NCBI GenBank assembly: GCA_964016885.1
Contig: OZ024744.1
Span: 85,312,001 to 85,376,000, forward strand
From: Eledone cirrhosa
Taxonomy: Eukaryota
Direction of reading: 5' to 3'
Length of the DNA: 64,000 bases
Under the pieces are notes generated by a model that worked only from the letters and a program-made list of their open reading frames with translations, did not search any database and was not told the origin of the DNA. Position 1 is the stretch's first letter; every line of letters begins with the position of its first letter. Both the position numbers and the translations under genes were made by a program. Below, in pieces: positions 38,042-52,220 of this stretch.

Positions 38042-41000
38042 ATCATCATCATCTTCATCATCATCTTCGTTTAACGTCCATCTTCCACGCTAGATGGGTT
38101 AGATGGGAGTTGTCCCACTTGAGGCAAGATTGGTAGGGTGACCGTGTCTCGCTCATATAGGACTATCTGGCAGGTCCTCTACGGCTGGATGCCCTTCGTA
38201 ACACCAACCACATTTACAGTGTGGAACTGGGAACTTTTTTACCGTGTTACCTACACGACCACATTACAGCGTGGACTGTGTGTATTGTTGTCGTGACACC
38301 TACACGATCTCGATCTCATTATCTCATTTATTTGGACTGGATGTTGTGGTACCAACTTTACAGAGAGAGGGTAGTGTTGGTGGGAGTGGGAGGATAGAGT
38401 AGGGGTAGTGGATTGGGGTCTATATTTGGTTAAGAGGTGCCTACTGACTGTAGGTTTCGCTTTGTAAATAGGCAAGGCGGGTCTTCTATATTACTGCGTA
38501 GCGCCAAAGATCTCGGTCCAGTGACATCTTAGAGAGGTGCAAGTGTGTAAGGTCGGAATTTATCAGATCGTCCCAGGTTTTTCTGGGTCCACCTACTCCG
38601 TAACAACCATCACATTTGATCGCCCTGCACATTTTTATACAGCTGGCGTCTTTCATGCGCATCATGTGGCCATACCAACGTAGTCTTCTCTCAAGTAAAC
38701 ATCATCTGATCCCTTTTATTCCTAATTTCTCATTTAGTTTATTTATGCTTTGCCGTTTACGTATATTACTATTACACATCTAACGGAGCATGCATGCTTC
38801 GTTCCTTTCCAGTCTGTGCAGGTCCTCTGCCGTAATGCCCATGTCTCACTGCCATGTAGCATTGCTGTTCGTATACAGGCATCATACAATCTGCCTTTCA
38901 TTTTTAGAGAGAAACCTTTTGTGGCCAACAGCGGTATAAACTCTCTGAACTTTTTCCATCCCGTACTGTACTTTCATAACACCCTCCACCACTGCTGATT
39001 TCGTCACCCAGGTAACGGAAAGTGTCCACTATTTCTATAGAACTATCTGTGGACACTTGCTACTTATTGCACCTGAGCATCGGCCACATATAAAGTTTTA
39101 TACGTTCTTAGATAGTTTACCTGTGGTCCCACTACATATTTTATGTACCCATACTTTGCATTTGGAACATAAAATGAAATATCTGCCTACTCCTTTTCTA
39201 CACTGTGAGCATGGCGATTTCCCTGAGGGCACCTGTGCCCTATTTTCCTTTCTAGAAACTAGAACTTTAGTCTTAGACATGTTAACTTTAAGGCCTTTCG
39301 ATTCTAGGCCATGCTTCCATGTTTGGAATTTCTTCTCTAGTTCAGCCATTAATTCAGCTATGAGCGTTAGATCATCTGCGTACAGGAGTTCCCATGGGCA
39401 GCGGGTCTTGAACTCCTCTGTTATAGCCTGAATGGCAATAATAAATAGGAGGGGCTAAGGACAGAGCATTGATGAACACCAACTATTCATTGTTAATTCT
39501 AACCTTACTGACTGTTTCTTTATACATAGCTCTTGTATAGCTCTCACAAGCCATTCATCTACACCTAGTTTTCTAAGAGCCCACCAGATAATGGAGCGGA
39601 GGACTCTGTCAAAGGCTTTCTCCAGGTCTACAGAAGCTAAGTAGAGGGGTTTACTTTTAGCTAGGTACTTCTCCTGTAGTTGTCGTACAAGGAAAAGAGC
39701 GTCTGTGGTACTTTTACCTGACACAAACCCAAACTGCATTTCATCAAGATCAATTCGCTCTCTGATTAGTTGCGCTATAACTCTTTCTGTGACCTTCATG
39801 ACCTGGTCAACTAACTTAATGCCTCTATAGTTTCCTCTATCTAGAGCATGCCCTTTACCCTTGTAGCAGTTAATGATGATGATGCTACGCCAGTCTTTCG
39901 GTATGACCCCATTCTGTATTACTTGGTTAACTATACGGGTGACCATAGTGTGTCCCACCATTCCAGATTCCTTCAACATCTCAGCAACTATCTCCGAAGG
40001 CCCAGCTGCCTTGCCTGTCTTCATATCTTTGATTGCCTTACTTATTATACTACCTTCAACTTGCACTGCTGGTCCTTCTATTGGATCGATTTGGGGCAGA
40101 CTATCTTTTTCCCACTTATTCTCCTCATTTAATAGTCTCTCGTAGTGACACTTCCGGGCTATCTTCTTATCAGTATCAGTGAGGGCAAGTACACCCTTAT
40201 CATTTGAGACACACTTCTCCCCGACAATATCACGGTTTTCCTTGACACATTGTCTAGCAATCCTGAACACCTCACGTTTTTGGTCCTCACGTTGTAGAAC
40301 ATGCTTGAACTTTGTATCCTCTGCTTCCCTTTGTGCAAGGTACACTTGTCTCCTAGCTTCTCTCCTGGCTACTTGATAGTGCTCTCTACTTCCCCCATCC
40401 TGCCATACTTTCCAAGCCTGCTTTTTGGCCTTGATTGTCTCCTCCACCTTACTGTTCCACCACCAAGTTACTCTCCTTCTGCCAATAGGTCTGCTCCAGC
40501 CACAGATTTCATCCGTTGCTTTCAGCAGGTTCACTTTCAAGAATTGCCACTGTTCCTCTATATTGCACGTCTCTAATTGCTCTTCCTTATTGTCAAAGGC
40601 ATCAAGTAGTAAGCTTTTAAATTTGTCACTGGCTATGGGGTCCTTCGACTTCCATATTCTTCTCCTCAAGGTAGGCCTCCTCTGTCGTCGAGTACGTCTA
40701 TTCCTGACTATGAGTTCACTAACTACTAGGCTATGTTGGTAGGTGCATTCTTCACGGGAGAGGGATTTAGTGTTTACAACGTCTTTTAGTAAGGATATAA
40801 TCTATCTTGCTGGCATGTTCCCCTGATCTATAGGTGATCAAGTGGTTTTCTCGTTTTTTGAAGTTTGTGTTACAGATAATTAGGTTATTGGCGTCACAGA
40901 ATTCCAGGATTCTGAAGCCCTCATCATTTCTATTTCCAACCCCATATCCTACATGGATGCCATCATAGCCATCACTATGTTGTCCAACGTGACTGTTTAG

Positions 41001-41435
41001 ATCGTCAGCAATAATTAAGTAGTCACTGTCGGTTATTTGGGAGGTAGTGTGCATTAGCGTCTCATAGAACCTGTCCTTTATAACGTCAAGTAGACCAGAT
41101 TGGGGTGCATAAGCAGATATTACTGTCACAGTAGTTCTATTTAGAACTAGCCTTATTTTAATTATTCTCTCATTTACTCTATTTACGTCGATTACCTTAT
41201 CTACCCATTTTTCAGCTAACATAATTCCTACACCACCCAGTCCATTGTCATTTCCCACCCGGAAAAGTTTATAGCATCGTTTTTTTTACCCACGATGAAT
41301 CTGGCCGACCCCCCCTCTCCACCTAGTCTCTTGAATACAACAAACATCAACTTCTTTACGTTCAAGCATCTCTACAACCTCATTTGAGCGACCTTACAAT
41401 GTGCCTACGGTCATGGTACCAACTTTGAAGTTGGG
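38042..41435 (-). mobile_element. Near full-length decayed RTE-clade LINE (APE + RT)
   Basis: APE motifs VCCIQETRW, SAYAPQ and IDYIL; RT motifs NYRGIKL, QFGF, DLEKAFDRV and YADDL; frameshifts; (GAT)n tail. Confidence 0.92.
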
Positions 41436-41887
41436 AGGGTGGGATGGATAGTTTGGAGGGGCAGGGAGGGGTGTGGGAGGCGTAAATTTTGTTGGTCATC
41501 CGTGTCTGAAATAAAGAGGGGGTCCTTGTATTCTCGTCTTGCAGCGGGAGGGGAATTTATCTTTATCTGTGACATTGTCATTGAGTGCTTAGACTTTCCA
41601 AATTCCGCAGTCAACCCATCAAACAGGTCTCAACTTAAGGAGTAGTAACCGGGGTGGTAGCTTTGTTATACTGATTTGTTAGAGAACTTACTAAAGCTGC
41701 TGAGTTATGATTGGACCATATAGCAATGGTGGTGTGTGTGTGTGGGGGGGGGGGGGGGTTAGAACATACATATATACATATACACACACATACATACACA
41801 CACATACATACATACACACACACATATATATATATACATATATCTATATTATATACATATCTATATTATCTACATAGGTACATGTGT

Positions 41888-41921
<34 letters not shown>

Positions 41922-42053
41922 CTTGAGTTACACACGCACACACACACAAACAACACAAACGTATATATACATATATATATATAATTATTATAAAAACAAG
42001 ATGGCGTAGGACAGAACAAAGGAGAGGCACAAAAACAAAGAAAAGAATCCCCA

Positions 42054-42096
42054 GTCACTGAAGAGGTCACAGAATGTGTGACGAAAGAACTTTGAC
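42054..42096 (+). ncRNA. Minimal type I hammerhead ribozyme
   Basis: gtca-CTGAAGA-g-gtcaca(gaatg)tgtgac-GAAA-gaa-CTT-tgac. Confidence 0.7.
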
Positions 42097-42144
42097 AATA
42101 TATAAACAATCATCTGGTCGTGGAACCAACCAACCAACCGGAAA

Positions 42145-42619
<475 letters not shown>

Positions 42620-42625
42620 ATAGTT

Positions 42626-42855
42626 ATGTAATAAACAACATAAGGCAATTATTCCATTTACCAGTGGTTTCTTAAAAGCAAAGGATATTGCTTTCAATCC
42701 TCAGAATGAATAAATCCTGGTCTGTTTATTGAATTTGGATTTTAAAAACAAAAATGCAATCTATATGAAAGTGAGGCTGGAGAAGGAAGAAGGAAAGGAA
42801 AAATAAAATAAAACTACACATGCAAACACACACACAAAAACACAAAAGCATACAT

Positions 42856-42886
<31 letters not shown>

Positions 42887-43864
42887 CATATATATACATA
42901 TATATATATACATACATATATATATACATATATATACATATACATACACTCATACATACACGCACGCACACATATATACACACATATATGTGTATATAAA
43001 TACACACAAACACATATATACATACGCACATAAATATCAACACCTCCATACATACAAATACATATATACAACCACACACACACATATATACACACATACA
43101 TACATATAGAAACATAAATATAAATACATATACATACACACATATACATACATATATATATATATACACATATACATATATATATCTATATATGTGTACA
43201 AGCATACACATACACAAACATAGCCATACACACATACATAAACATACATACATGCACACAATCGTACATATATACACACACACATACATACACATACATA
43301 AATGCACTCCTCTACATATTCACACACGCAAATAAATATAAGAAAAAAAAATATATATATATATATGTGAAGTAATTCCATCGGAAAAGTCCAGGAAAAA
43401 AGAGTGCTCTATGTAAGCAACAGAGCTTAATTATTATTTCGTTTCTGAATTTGTTTAGCAAGATTCTTTATCTGAAATCGTGTGTTGAAACCGATATTGT
43501 TATACTTTGGGAGGGTCATGTTGCCAATAAGAAACACACGCACCAGTTAATTATTATTATTATGTAATAAACAACATAAGGCAATTATTCCATTTACCAG
43601 TGGTTTCTTAAAAGCAAAAGGTTTTGCTTTCAATCCTCAGAATGAAAAATCCTGGTTTGTTTATTGAATATGGATTCTAAAAACAAAAATGCAATCTATA
43701 TGAAAGTGAGGCTGGAAAAGGGAGAAGGAAAGGAAAAATAAAATAAAATAAAACTACACATGCAAACAAAAAAAAACAAAAAAAAAAAAACACAAAAGCA
43801 TACTTACACACACACACATATATACACATATAATTTGCACGCATACACATATACACATACACAC

Positions 43865-43934
<70 letters not shown>

Positions 43935-44010
43935 GAGCGTACACCTACACACACATACACATATATACACACATATACACACACATATACACATACATAT
44001 ATTCATACAT

Positions 44011-44047
<37 letters not shown>

Positions 44048-44081
44048 TACACACACACATATATATACACATGTACATATC

Positions 44082-44127
<46 letters not shown>

Positions 44128-44971
44128 CATATACACACATATACACATATACATACACACACACACACACACACACATGTGTGTGTACAAGCCTACAAAT
44201 ACACACACACATATATATACACACACATATACATACATTCACACAAACATACAACGTACATACATACACATACATGAATGCACTCCACTACATATTAACA
44301 CACGCAAATAAATATAAGAAAAAAATATATAAATAATATTAACAAATATTTGACAGCGATACATGCCCCAGCTAACAGGACAGACACGCGTGGTAAGTAA
44401 TACACACATAAGCACATATACATACGTTCGAAATAGTAAACACATACACACACTCTCACACATAAATATACATATACAAATACATAAACACATACATACA
44501 CATACATACGCAAACACGTACACGTATACAATATAAACACACACACAATATAAAAAAATGTTTGACAGCGATACAGAACGCAGCTAACTGGACAGACACG
44601 CGTGGTAAGTAATACACACAAATGCACGTATACATACGTACAAAATAGTAAATACATACACACACTCTCGCACATAAATATACATATACAAATACATAAA
44701 CATATACATACACATACATGCACAAACACGCACACGTATACAATTATACACACACATATGTATATGTAATTATACACACACACATATATATATATATATA
44801 TACATAAATATAAACATACACACACACACATATATGTATACATACACACATACATATACATACATAGCTATACAATTATACACATACAAATACGTACATA
44901 TCATAAACACGCACAAACAAATACAAACACACACACATACACATACATACATACATACATACATACATACA

Positions 44972-45051
<80 letters not shown>

Positions 45052-45265
45052 TATACACACACACACACACACACATACACATATACATGTGTGTGTGTGT
45101 AAAACTCAGTCTTAGATAATTCATAAGAACCTTACATATACATATATATATAGTAGTAAAGTAATAAAGTAATAAGCAACATAAGGCAATTATTCCATTC
45201 ACCACTGGTTTCTTAAAAGCAAAAAATGTTTCCTTCAATCTTCAGAATGAAAAAAACCTGGTCTA
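42626..45265 (-). mobile_element. Tandem HHR family B element with TG/TA-rich bodies
   Basis: Three HHR copies (42654-42709, 43590-43645, 45195-45250) with shared flanking blocks. Confidence 0.7.
43590..43645 (-). ncRNA. Canonical-core type I hammerhead ribozyme (family B)
   Basis: tcatt-CTGAGGA-ttgaaagcaaa(acct)tttgcttttaa-GAA-ACC(act)GGT-A-aatgg. Confidence 0.88.
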
Positions 45266-45322
45266 TCTACATATACATACATATACACACACAAATATAT
45301 ATATATATATATACATATATAT

Positions 45323-45930
45323 GGTGGCTGCCAACTCGTTTTCGAGTACGGCCACTACTTTATATCCATATAGGAGAACCCCTACCGATGCGCCGAACGG
45401 GTGTGACTTTTTAGTCCAGCCAGCGACTTGAAAACTCTGGAACAAACACTACACTTGTGACAATTATTGACACATAGTGCTGGGCCCATGGTACCATGTG
45501 ACGACAAGTGCAGAGAGATCTCCAGATATAAAGCAATGCCTGTGCCGTGAAGCTTTTATAGTGAGCAAAGGCACTGCACAAAGCCAGTCCCACTCTCTTA
45601 ACCAAGATGATATTTACCAAAAAGAAGAACAAGTCAACATCATTGGATACCATCAGAGTCGCAGGTGTTATATCAGAGTTTTCCTTCTCCTAGAATTCTG
45701 CCTTGACAAAGGCTAAGGGGTCATCTCTCCCGGTGATTTTGGATGGCCATTGACTCTTAAGAGCTCCTTTGCCCTTTGACAGGTTTTGTTTTTAGTCCTG
45801 CAGGATGTCCAAAGTCACCCTCCTCACCAAGAAACCTTGGTGGGGTTGCCAGTTTAGTCGCCAACGACCCGACCATGAGACAGGTTGTACTGGAATACAT
45901 GTTACCAGTAGCACCAACTGGTGACCTGAC
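45323..45930 (-). mobile_element. 608-bp RTE-derived element, full-length copy 2
   Basis: Colinear with 35506-36113. Confidence 0.75.
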
Positions 45931-45946
45931 ATATATACACACATAT

Positions 45947-45987
<41 letters not shown>

Positions 45988-46009
45988 AATATACATACAC
46001 ATACACATA

Positions 46010-46655
46010 GGTATGTGAAGGGCAAGGCAAAAAGAATATATGGGGGGGGGGACATAGGAAAAGGTGAAATATAAGGGGAGGTAAGGGAGAAAAAAAATAA
46101 ATATACAAGAGTACAGAACGTAGATTCAGCAAAAAAAACCGTAGCAGAAGTAAAGAGCAGGAAAGGAGTTCAAGGCGGTTGATTTATCATAGGAGTGTCA
46201 ATCGAGTTACAGATCAGATGCGATTTCAGATGAGGACAGCATCTGAAGATCTCAGTCTTTGAGTTAAGGCAAGCGGAAGTGGCTCTCAAGTTTAGCAAAA
46301 TCCTATACTTTTCTGTGGTACACAAAGAACAATTCTTTGTGCCCCTTTGGTACTCCCTCGAATGGTCTAATATAGACCAATCAATAGAGTACGGGATGTT
46401 ACTATCCTTGAGTTCCCACACCTTACTTGCGAGGGCCGTTGATGTTCTTTTATTTGAGTGCTTAAAAGAAGCGACATGTGAGTAAAATCTGGTTTTAAAC
46501 CTGCCCTGGGTCATACCGACATATCGCTCACTCCTGGCTGGCTGGTTGTTGATTACCGGTGTTATCTTAGCCTCATAAACAACAGATTTGGTGTTACATT
46601 TACTCTGCAATGGGTATTCATCCGGCTTCCTGCAACTGCATCCTGGATTTATTCT
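46010..46655 (-). mobile_element. Penelope-like element GIY-YIG fragment
   Basis: CSCRK...PL..KC..KSVVYEA...YVGMTQGRFKTRFYSH...CSLCTTEK...LNSKTE. Confidence 0.85.
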
Positions 46656-47975
46656 CGTGTCTGTCCAGTTAGCTGCCTTCTGTATCGCTGTCAAAAAAGA
46701 ACATATGTAGACCAAATGGGCATCCTAAACTTTTGAAATGATTTCTGCTAGACGCGATTTGGTAAATAATTTTTAGCTTTATCTGTTTTCGACTCTGATG
46801 CTTATAATGAACTTGGCAATATATTGTCAATTAATTTTGAACGGTTGATCTTTGTGGTCGATTTGCGTGGCATACTATGTTTTTATTTTTATTATTTTAA
46901 TATTATTTAATAATATTTTTTAATATTTTTAATATTTTTATTTTTAATATGTAATATTTTTTAGTTTTCTATTTTATTTATTTATTTATTATATTTATTT
47001 TATTATATTTATTATTATTATTATTATTTTTTGTTTTTGTTTCTGATATTTTTTATTAATATATTGAAATCTGTTCTCTATTTCTGCTTGATATTCATGT
47101 AGAGTAAAGACAAGAATAGTATTGTTAAAATTAATATAGACTATATATATATGTGTATATATACACATATATGTATACTTAAATTTTTATAGCACAATGA
47201 GAATGTTCTCCGTGTGAAATAGGAGTTTGCAGAGTTGATCACGTAAATTCACATCGATGTTTGTAGTTATCATATAAACATATGAATTTTTTAAAACTAG
47301 ACATAAGATCATTACTTTTCACACATTATAGATACGTGTCTCATTCATGAATACTGATATTTACATTATAGTGCCTGGTTTTTATACGAACTAATATTTC
47401 TACATTAAATTCTGCCTCGCCTATGTCTGGTTACTTTTCATTTTTTCTCTCTATATAACGGCTGGTTTCTTTCCTAACCACATATATCTCCCTTACATTA
47501 ATACTAGAGCTAAATAAATAAATAAATAAATGTATCATTGATACGTCATTCAACGGATGTTCAACTACCTACTTTTCTCTATATATATCTATCTCTATCT
47601 ATTTCCTCTCTCTATATATCTCTCTCTGTTTCTTTACATGAAGTTCTTCTCTTTATCTATCTTTCCATCTCTCTATTTTGTTGCATGCATTTCTTCTTTT
47701 TCTTCGTTTTCTTTCTTTCTTTCCTTCTTTCTTTCTTTCTTTCTGTTTACAATTTTTCACTGCCAAATCAACTTTTTCAAATACAAGTCGATGTTGAACG
47801 GTATGTCAAATCTATTTATCTATAAAACTGTCTATATTGTATTTTGTCTGAGGAAGGCATAACATATTGTTAATATGATATCCCTGAAATATATATGATG
47901 AAATAAATATGGTTTTATAAATATAGTTTCCATTTATTTAATATCGTATATATATATATATATATATTTATATAC

Positions 47976-48121
<146 letters not shown>

Positions 48122-49193
48122 CAGACCCTCCATCTCAACTCTGCGAAACCGGTAAAGGAACCAAATAAATTTTTTTTTTTTCTAAACAAGACTCCAGTTG
48201 CATTTTCGATTTCATCTTTTTTTCTTTATACTCTCACTCGTGTAGGACACCGGTTATTTTTCATTTTGTAAAAAAAAACCTCACTTTCTAATATATATAT
48301 ATAATAATTAATACAATAACAGAGATAGTTTAACGCTAATCTCTGACTGGTAACCATCTCACTCAACAAAAATTAGGTTATATTTTAATATAAACCCAAT
48401 TTAAGTGTTTGGGGTGCTAACAATATGTATTATGTGGAAAAGCCAGTTGTATTATTTTATGAGATATAATTAAAGTTAAAATATATCTCTCTTTCCAAAC
48501 AATTGTTTCATTATAAGTTTTCTACAAATTCGGAGAATATTTCCAGTTTATGTAGAAGCCTAATATATATTCATGTAAGAATATATTTAGGTGGGCGCTT
48601 ATAAATCATCAGTGGAAGCCCAATAAACTTTGATATAAGAAAAACATTTCTTACCACAGTTAAAAATCGTGTCCGTTAAGTTGCTCCTTCTCGCATCGAA
48701 TGACCGGCAAATTTGAAATTCCAGCAGTTTTTGACTGAGGAAGTATTATAGCGTCACTAAGCAGGAAGGGGAGACAACTACGATCCACGAAAGGAGGAAA
48801 AAAAATAATATACACGCGGGTTAATCAGTTTTTTCGAAAACATTATCAATCCAACGTGTTAAGAACTCAATTGAAATTAAAAAAATAAATTTATCCGTGT
48901 ATAAATTACACACGCATATAGATATTTTCTTAGGCTAAAAACAGAGGTTGTACCTGAATAAGAAACCGTATCTCGTAACCGTAGTAAATACAGAAAGTTA
49001 TGCTTTAAAGGGCAAATGGGAATGTAAATCTCCGGCCGAATTAAGAGTAAAAAATAATATATATATATATATATTTACTTGAGTTACACACGCGCATACA
49101 CAAACAACACAAACATATATATATACATATATATATATATATGTATTATATACATATATATATATCTGTCGAAAGATTGGTTATTGATTAGGC

Positions 49194-49311
49194 GATACTC
49201 GCTGATGAAGCCGCATAAGCCGATTGTGCATTGTTGCATAATATATGCAGACAGATGGTGCAGTGCACCTTACTGCTGCATTAGTGCGGCAGAAACTTGA
49301 GTCCGGGAATC
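49194..49311 (+). ncRNA. Type I HHR with an ~70-nt stem II insertion
   Basis: gatactcg-CTGATGA-a-gccgca...tgcggc-a-GAAAC-ttga-GTC-cgggaatc. Confidence 0.78.
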
Positions 49312-49449
49312 TTATAGGCACCCGTTTTACGTGTGTTGTGTTGAGGCAAATTACTATGTGTATACTCTGGTAATGTATCTTACATTGTCCGTGGAGTGCG
49401 CTGATATACAACCGGTACTGGCATTGATAAATATGCTGCGTCCGTCACC

Positions 49450-49532
<83 letters not shown>

Positions 49533-49571
49533 CATATATGTGTGTGTGTTATATAATATATATGACAACTT

Positions 49572-51660
49572 ACTGCAGGCTATTGAAGAAACTTGTGGCT
49601 GGAGCAGAGCTCCGACTAGGCAGAGGGTGACATGGTGGTAGAACAGCACGGTAGATAGGGCCATTACAGACAAAAGACTAGCATGGAAGGCTGGAAATAA
49701 TAGTGGAGGTAGAGACCGATAAAAGAGAAGCTAGACATCAGGTGTACTTAGCACGCAGGGAAGCTGAGAGTAGAAGGTTTGCCAATGTTCTGCGACGGGC
49801 AGATCAGAGGCGTGCGGTGTTCCACATTGCAAGGCAGTGTGTAAATCAGGATGTTGTTGGAGATAAATGTGTCTGGAATAATGTGGGTGTACTTAGTGTC
49901 ACTGATGCTCAGAAAAAGCAGGGCTGGATATGTCATTATGAGAGATTGATGAATGTGGAGAACGAATGGGAGTGAGAGAAACTACCCTCGGTAGACTCAG
50001 TAGAGGGGCCAGCTATTGAGATTGGCGACTATAGGGTTCAAGAGGCTATTAAGGAAATGAAAAATGGTAAGGCCGCTGGACTGCCGGGAATAGTTGCAGA
50101 GGTGCTGAAAGTATCAGAAGTAGGAGCTAAACTGGTTGCACGCATCATCAACCAAGCTATATATGGTGGAGTCATACCCAAAGACTGGTGCAGCAGTATC
50201 CTTATAAATTGCTACAAAGGTAATGGGGATGCTCTGGAGAGAAGTAATTATCGGGTCATAAAACTGATGGATCAGGTTATGAAACTGGAAGAAATAATAT
50301 TAGCGCAACTAATTAGAAAAAGTGTCAAATTAGATGAGATGTAGTTCGGTTTTGTGCCGGATAAAAGTGCAACAGATGTCCTTTTCTTAGAGAGACAACT
50401 AAAAGAGAAGTTCTTAGTGAAGAATAAGCCACTATACTTAGCTTTTGTTGACCTAAAGAAGGCCTTTGATAGAGTACCCGACCTGTCATCTGGTGGTCGC
50501 TAAGGAAACTAGGTGTAGAGGAATGGCTTGTGAGGACAGTGCAAGCTATGTACATGGGTGTTGTCAGTCAAGTGAGAGTAGGAATAGAGTTTAGTGAGGA
50601 ATTCCAGATATAAAGTAGGAGTACATCAGGGTTTTGTCCTCAGCCATAACAGAGGAGTTTAAGACTGGCTGCCAATGGGAATTTCTCTATGCTGACGATC
50701 TGGTACTTATAGCAGAATCAGTAGAGAAACTAGAGAATACATTTTGGCAATGGAAACAGCAGTTGGAATCAAGAGGACTGAGAGTAAACCTAGCTAAGAC
50801 AAAGGTATTGATAAGTAGGAAAGAGGACAAAACTGATTCCATCAAGGAAATGGCCATGTTCGATATGTAGGAAAGGAAATGGCATAAATTCTATAAAATG
50901 TACACAATGCAGATCTTGGGTACACAAGAGATGTAGTGGGATAGTAGGCAAACTAACAGGTAGGGAAAACTACATATGCAGTAAATGTATAGGGATATTT
51001 GACAGTAGAAGTCGCAGAGATAGACACATTTTTCAAATGCAGGTGGTTGATAGCTTCCGATACCTAGGTTATCAGATTACTAAGGGAGGGGGGAGCTCCG
51101 AGGCCATAGTATCTAGAATAAGGATGGGTTGGAAGAAGTTTAGAGAGCTGCTTCCTCTGTTGACAAAGAAGGGTTTCTCTCTGCGTACGAAAGGACGGTT
51201 ATATGATGCTTGTGTGAGATGCGCGATGCTGCATGGTAGTGAGACATGGGCAGCAACTGTGTAGGACATGCGCCGGTTGGAGAGAAATGAAGCAAGCATG
51301 CTCCGTTGGATGTGCAATGTCAATGTGTGTGAACGACCAAGCATAGACGAGTTGAGAAAGAAACTGGGTATAAGAGGGATAAGTTGTGGTGTGCAGGAGA
51401 GAAGACTGAGATGGTATGGACATGCGATACGCATGGAGGATGACCACTGGATAAAGATTTGCCAAGAAATCCCAGTAGAAGGAAGACGCAGTCGAAGACG
51501 ACCACGAAAAATATGGGCGGAGGTGGTGAGAGCAGACCCCAGATCGCTGAAGTTCACGGAGGAGTTGACAAAGGACCGTGACGAATGGAGAGATGCCGTG
51601 CTTAATAGGACCCGTCCCACCCTTGCCAGCAGGGAAAAGCGGAGTAAAATGATGATGATG
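49572..51660 (+). mobile_element. Decayed RTE-clade LINE (RT region), related to 38042-41435
   Basis: NYRVIKL, LYADDL, FRYLG and RLRWYGH motifs, with stops and frameshifts, and a (GAT)n tail. Confidence 0.9.
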
Positions 51661-51720
51661 GTGGTGATATATATATGAATGTATGTACGTATATATGTAT
51701 ATATGAATTTATGTATGTAT

Positions 51721-52127
51721 GGGAGATGACCCCTTAGCCTTTGTCAAGGCAGAATTCTAGGAGAAGGAAAACTCTGATATAACACCTGCAACCCTGATGG
51801 TATCCAATGATGTTGACTTGTTCTTCTTTTTGGTAAATATCATCTTGGTTAAGAGAGTAGGACTGGCTTTGTGCATTGCCTTTGCTCACTATAAAAGCTT
51901 CACGGCACAGGCATTGCTTTATATCTGGAGATCTCTCTGCACTTGTCGTCACGTGGTACCATTGGCCCAGCACTATGTGTCAATAATTGTCACAAGTGTA
52001 GTGTTTGTACCAGAGTTTTCAAGTCGCTGGCTGGACTAAAACGTCACACTCGTTCAGCGCATCGGTAGGGTTTCTCCTACATGGATATAAAGTAGTGGCC
52101 GTACTCGAAAACGAGTTGGCAGCCACC
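51721..52127 (+). mobile_element. 5'-truncated copy of the 608-bp RTE-derived element
   Basis: Reverse complement of 35506-35912, followed by (TATG)n. Confidence 0.8.
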
Positions 52128-52220
52128 ATGTATGTATGTATGTATGTATGTATGTATGTATGTATGTATGTATGTATGTATGTATGTATGTATGTATGTA
52201 TGTATGTATGTATGTATGTA

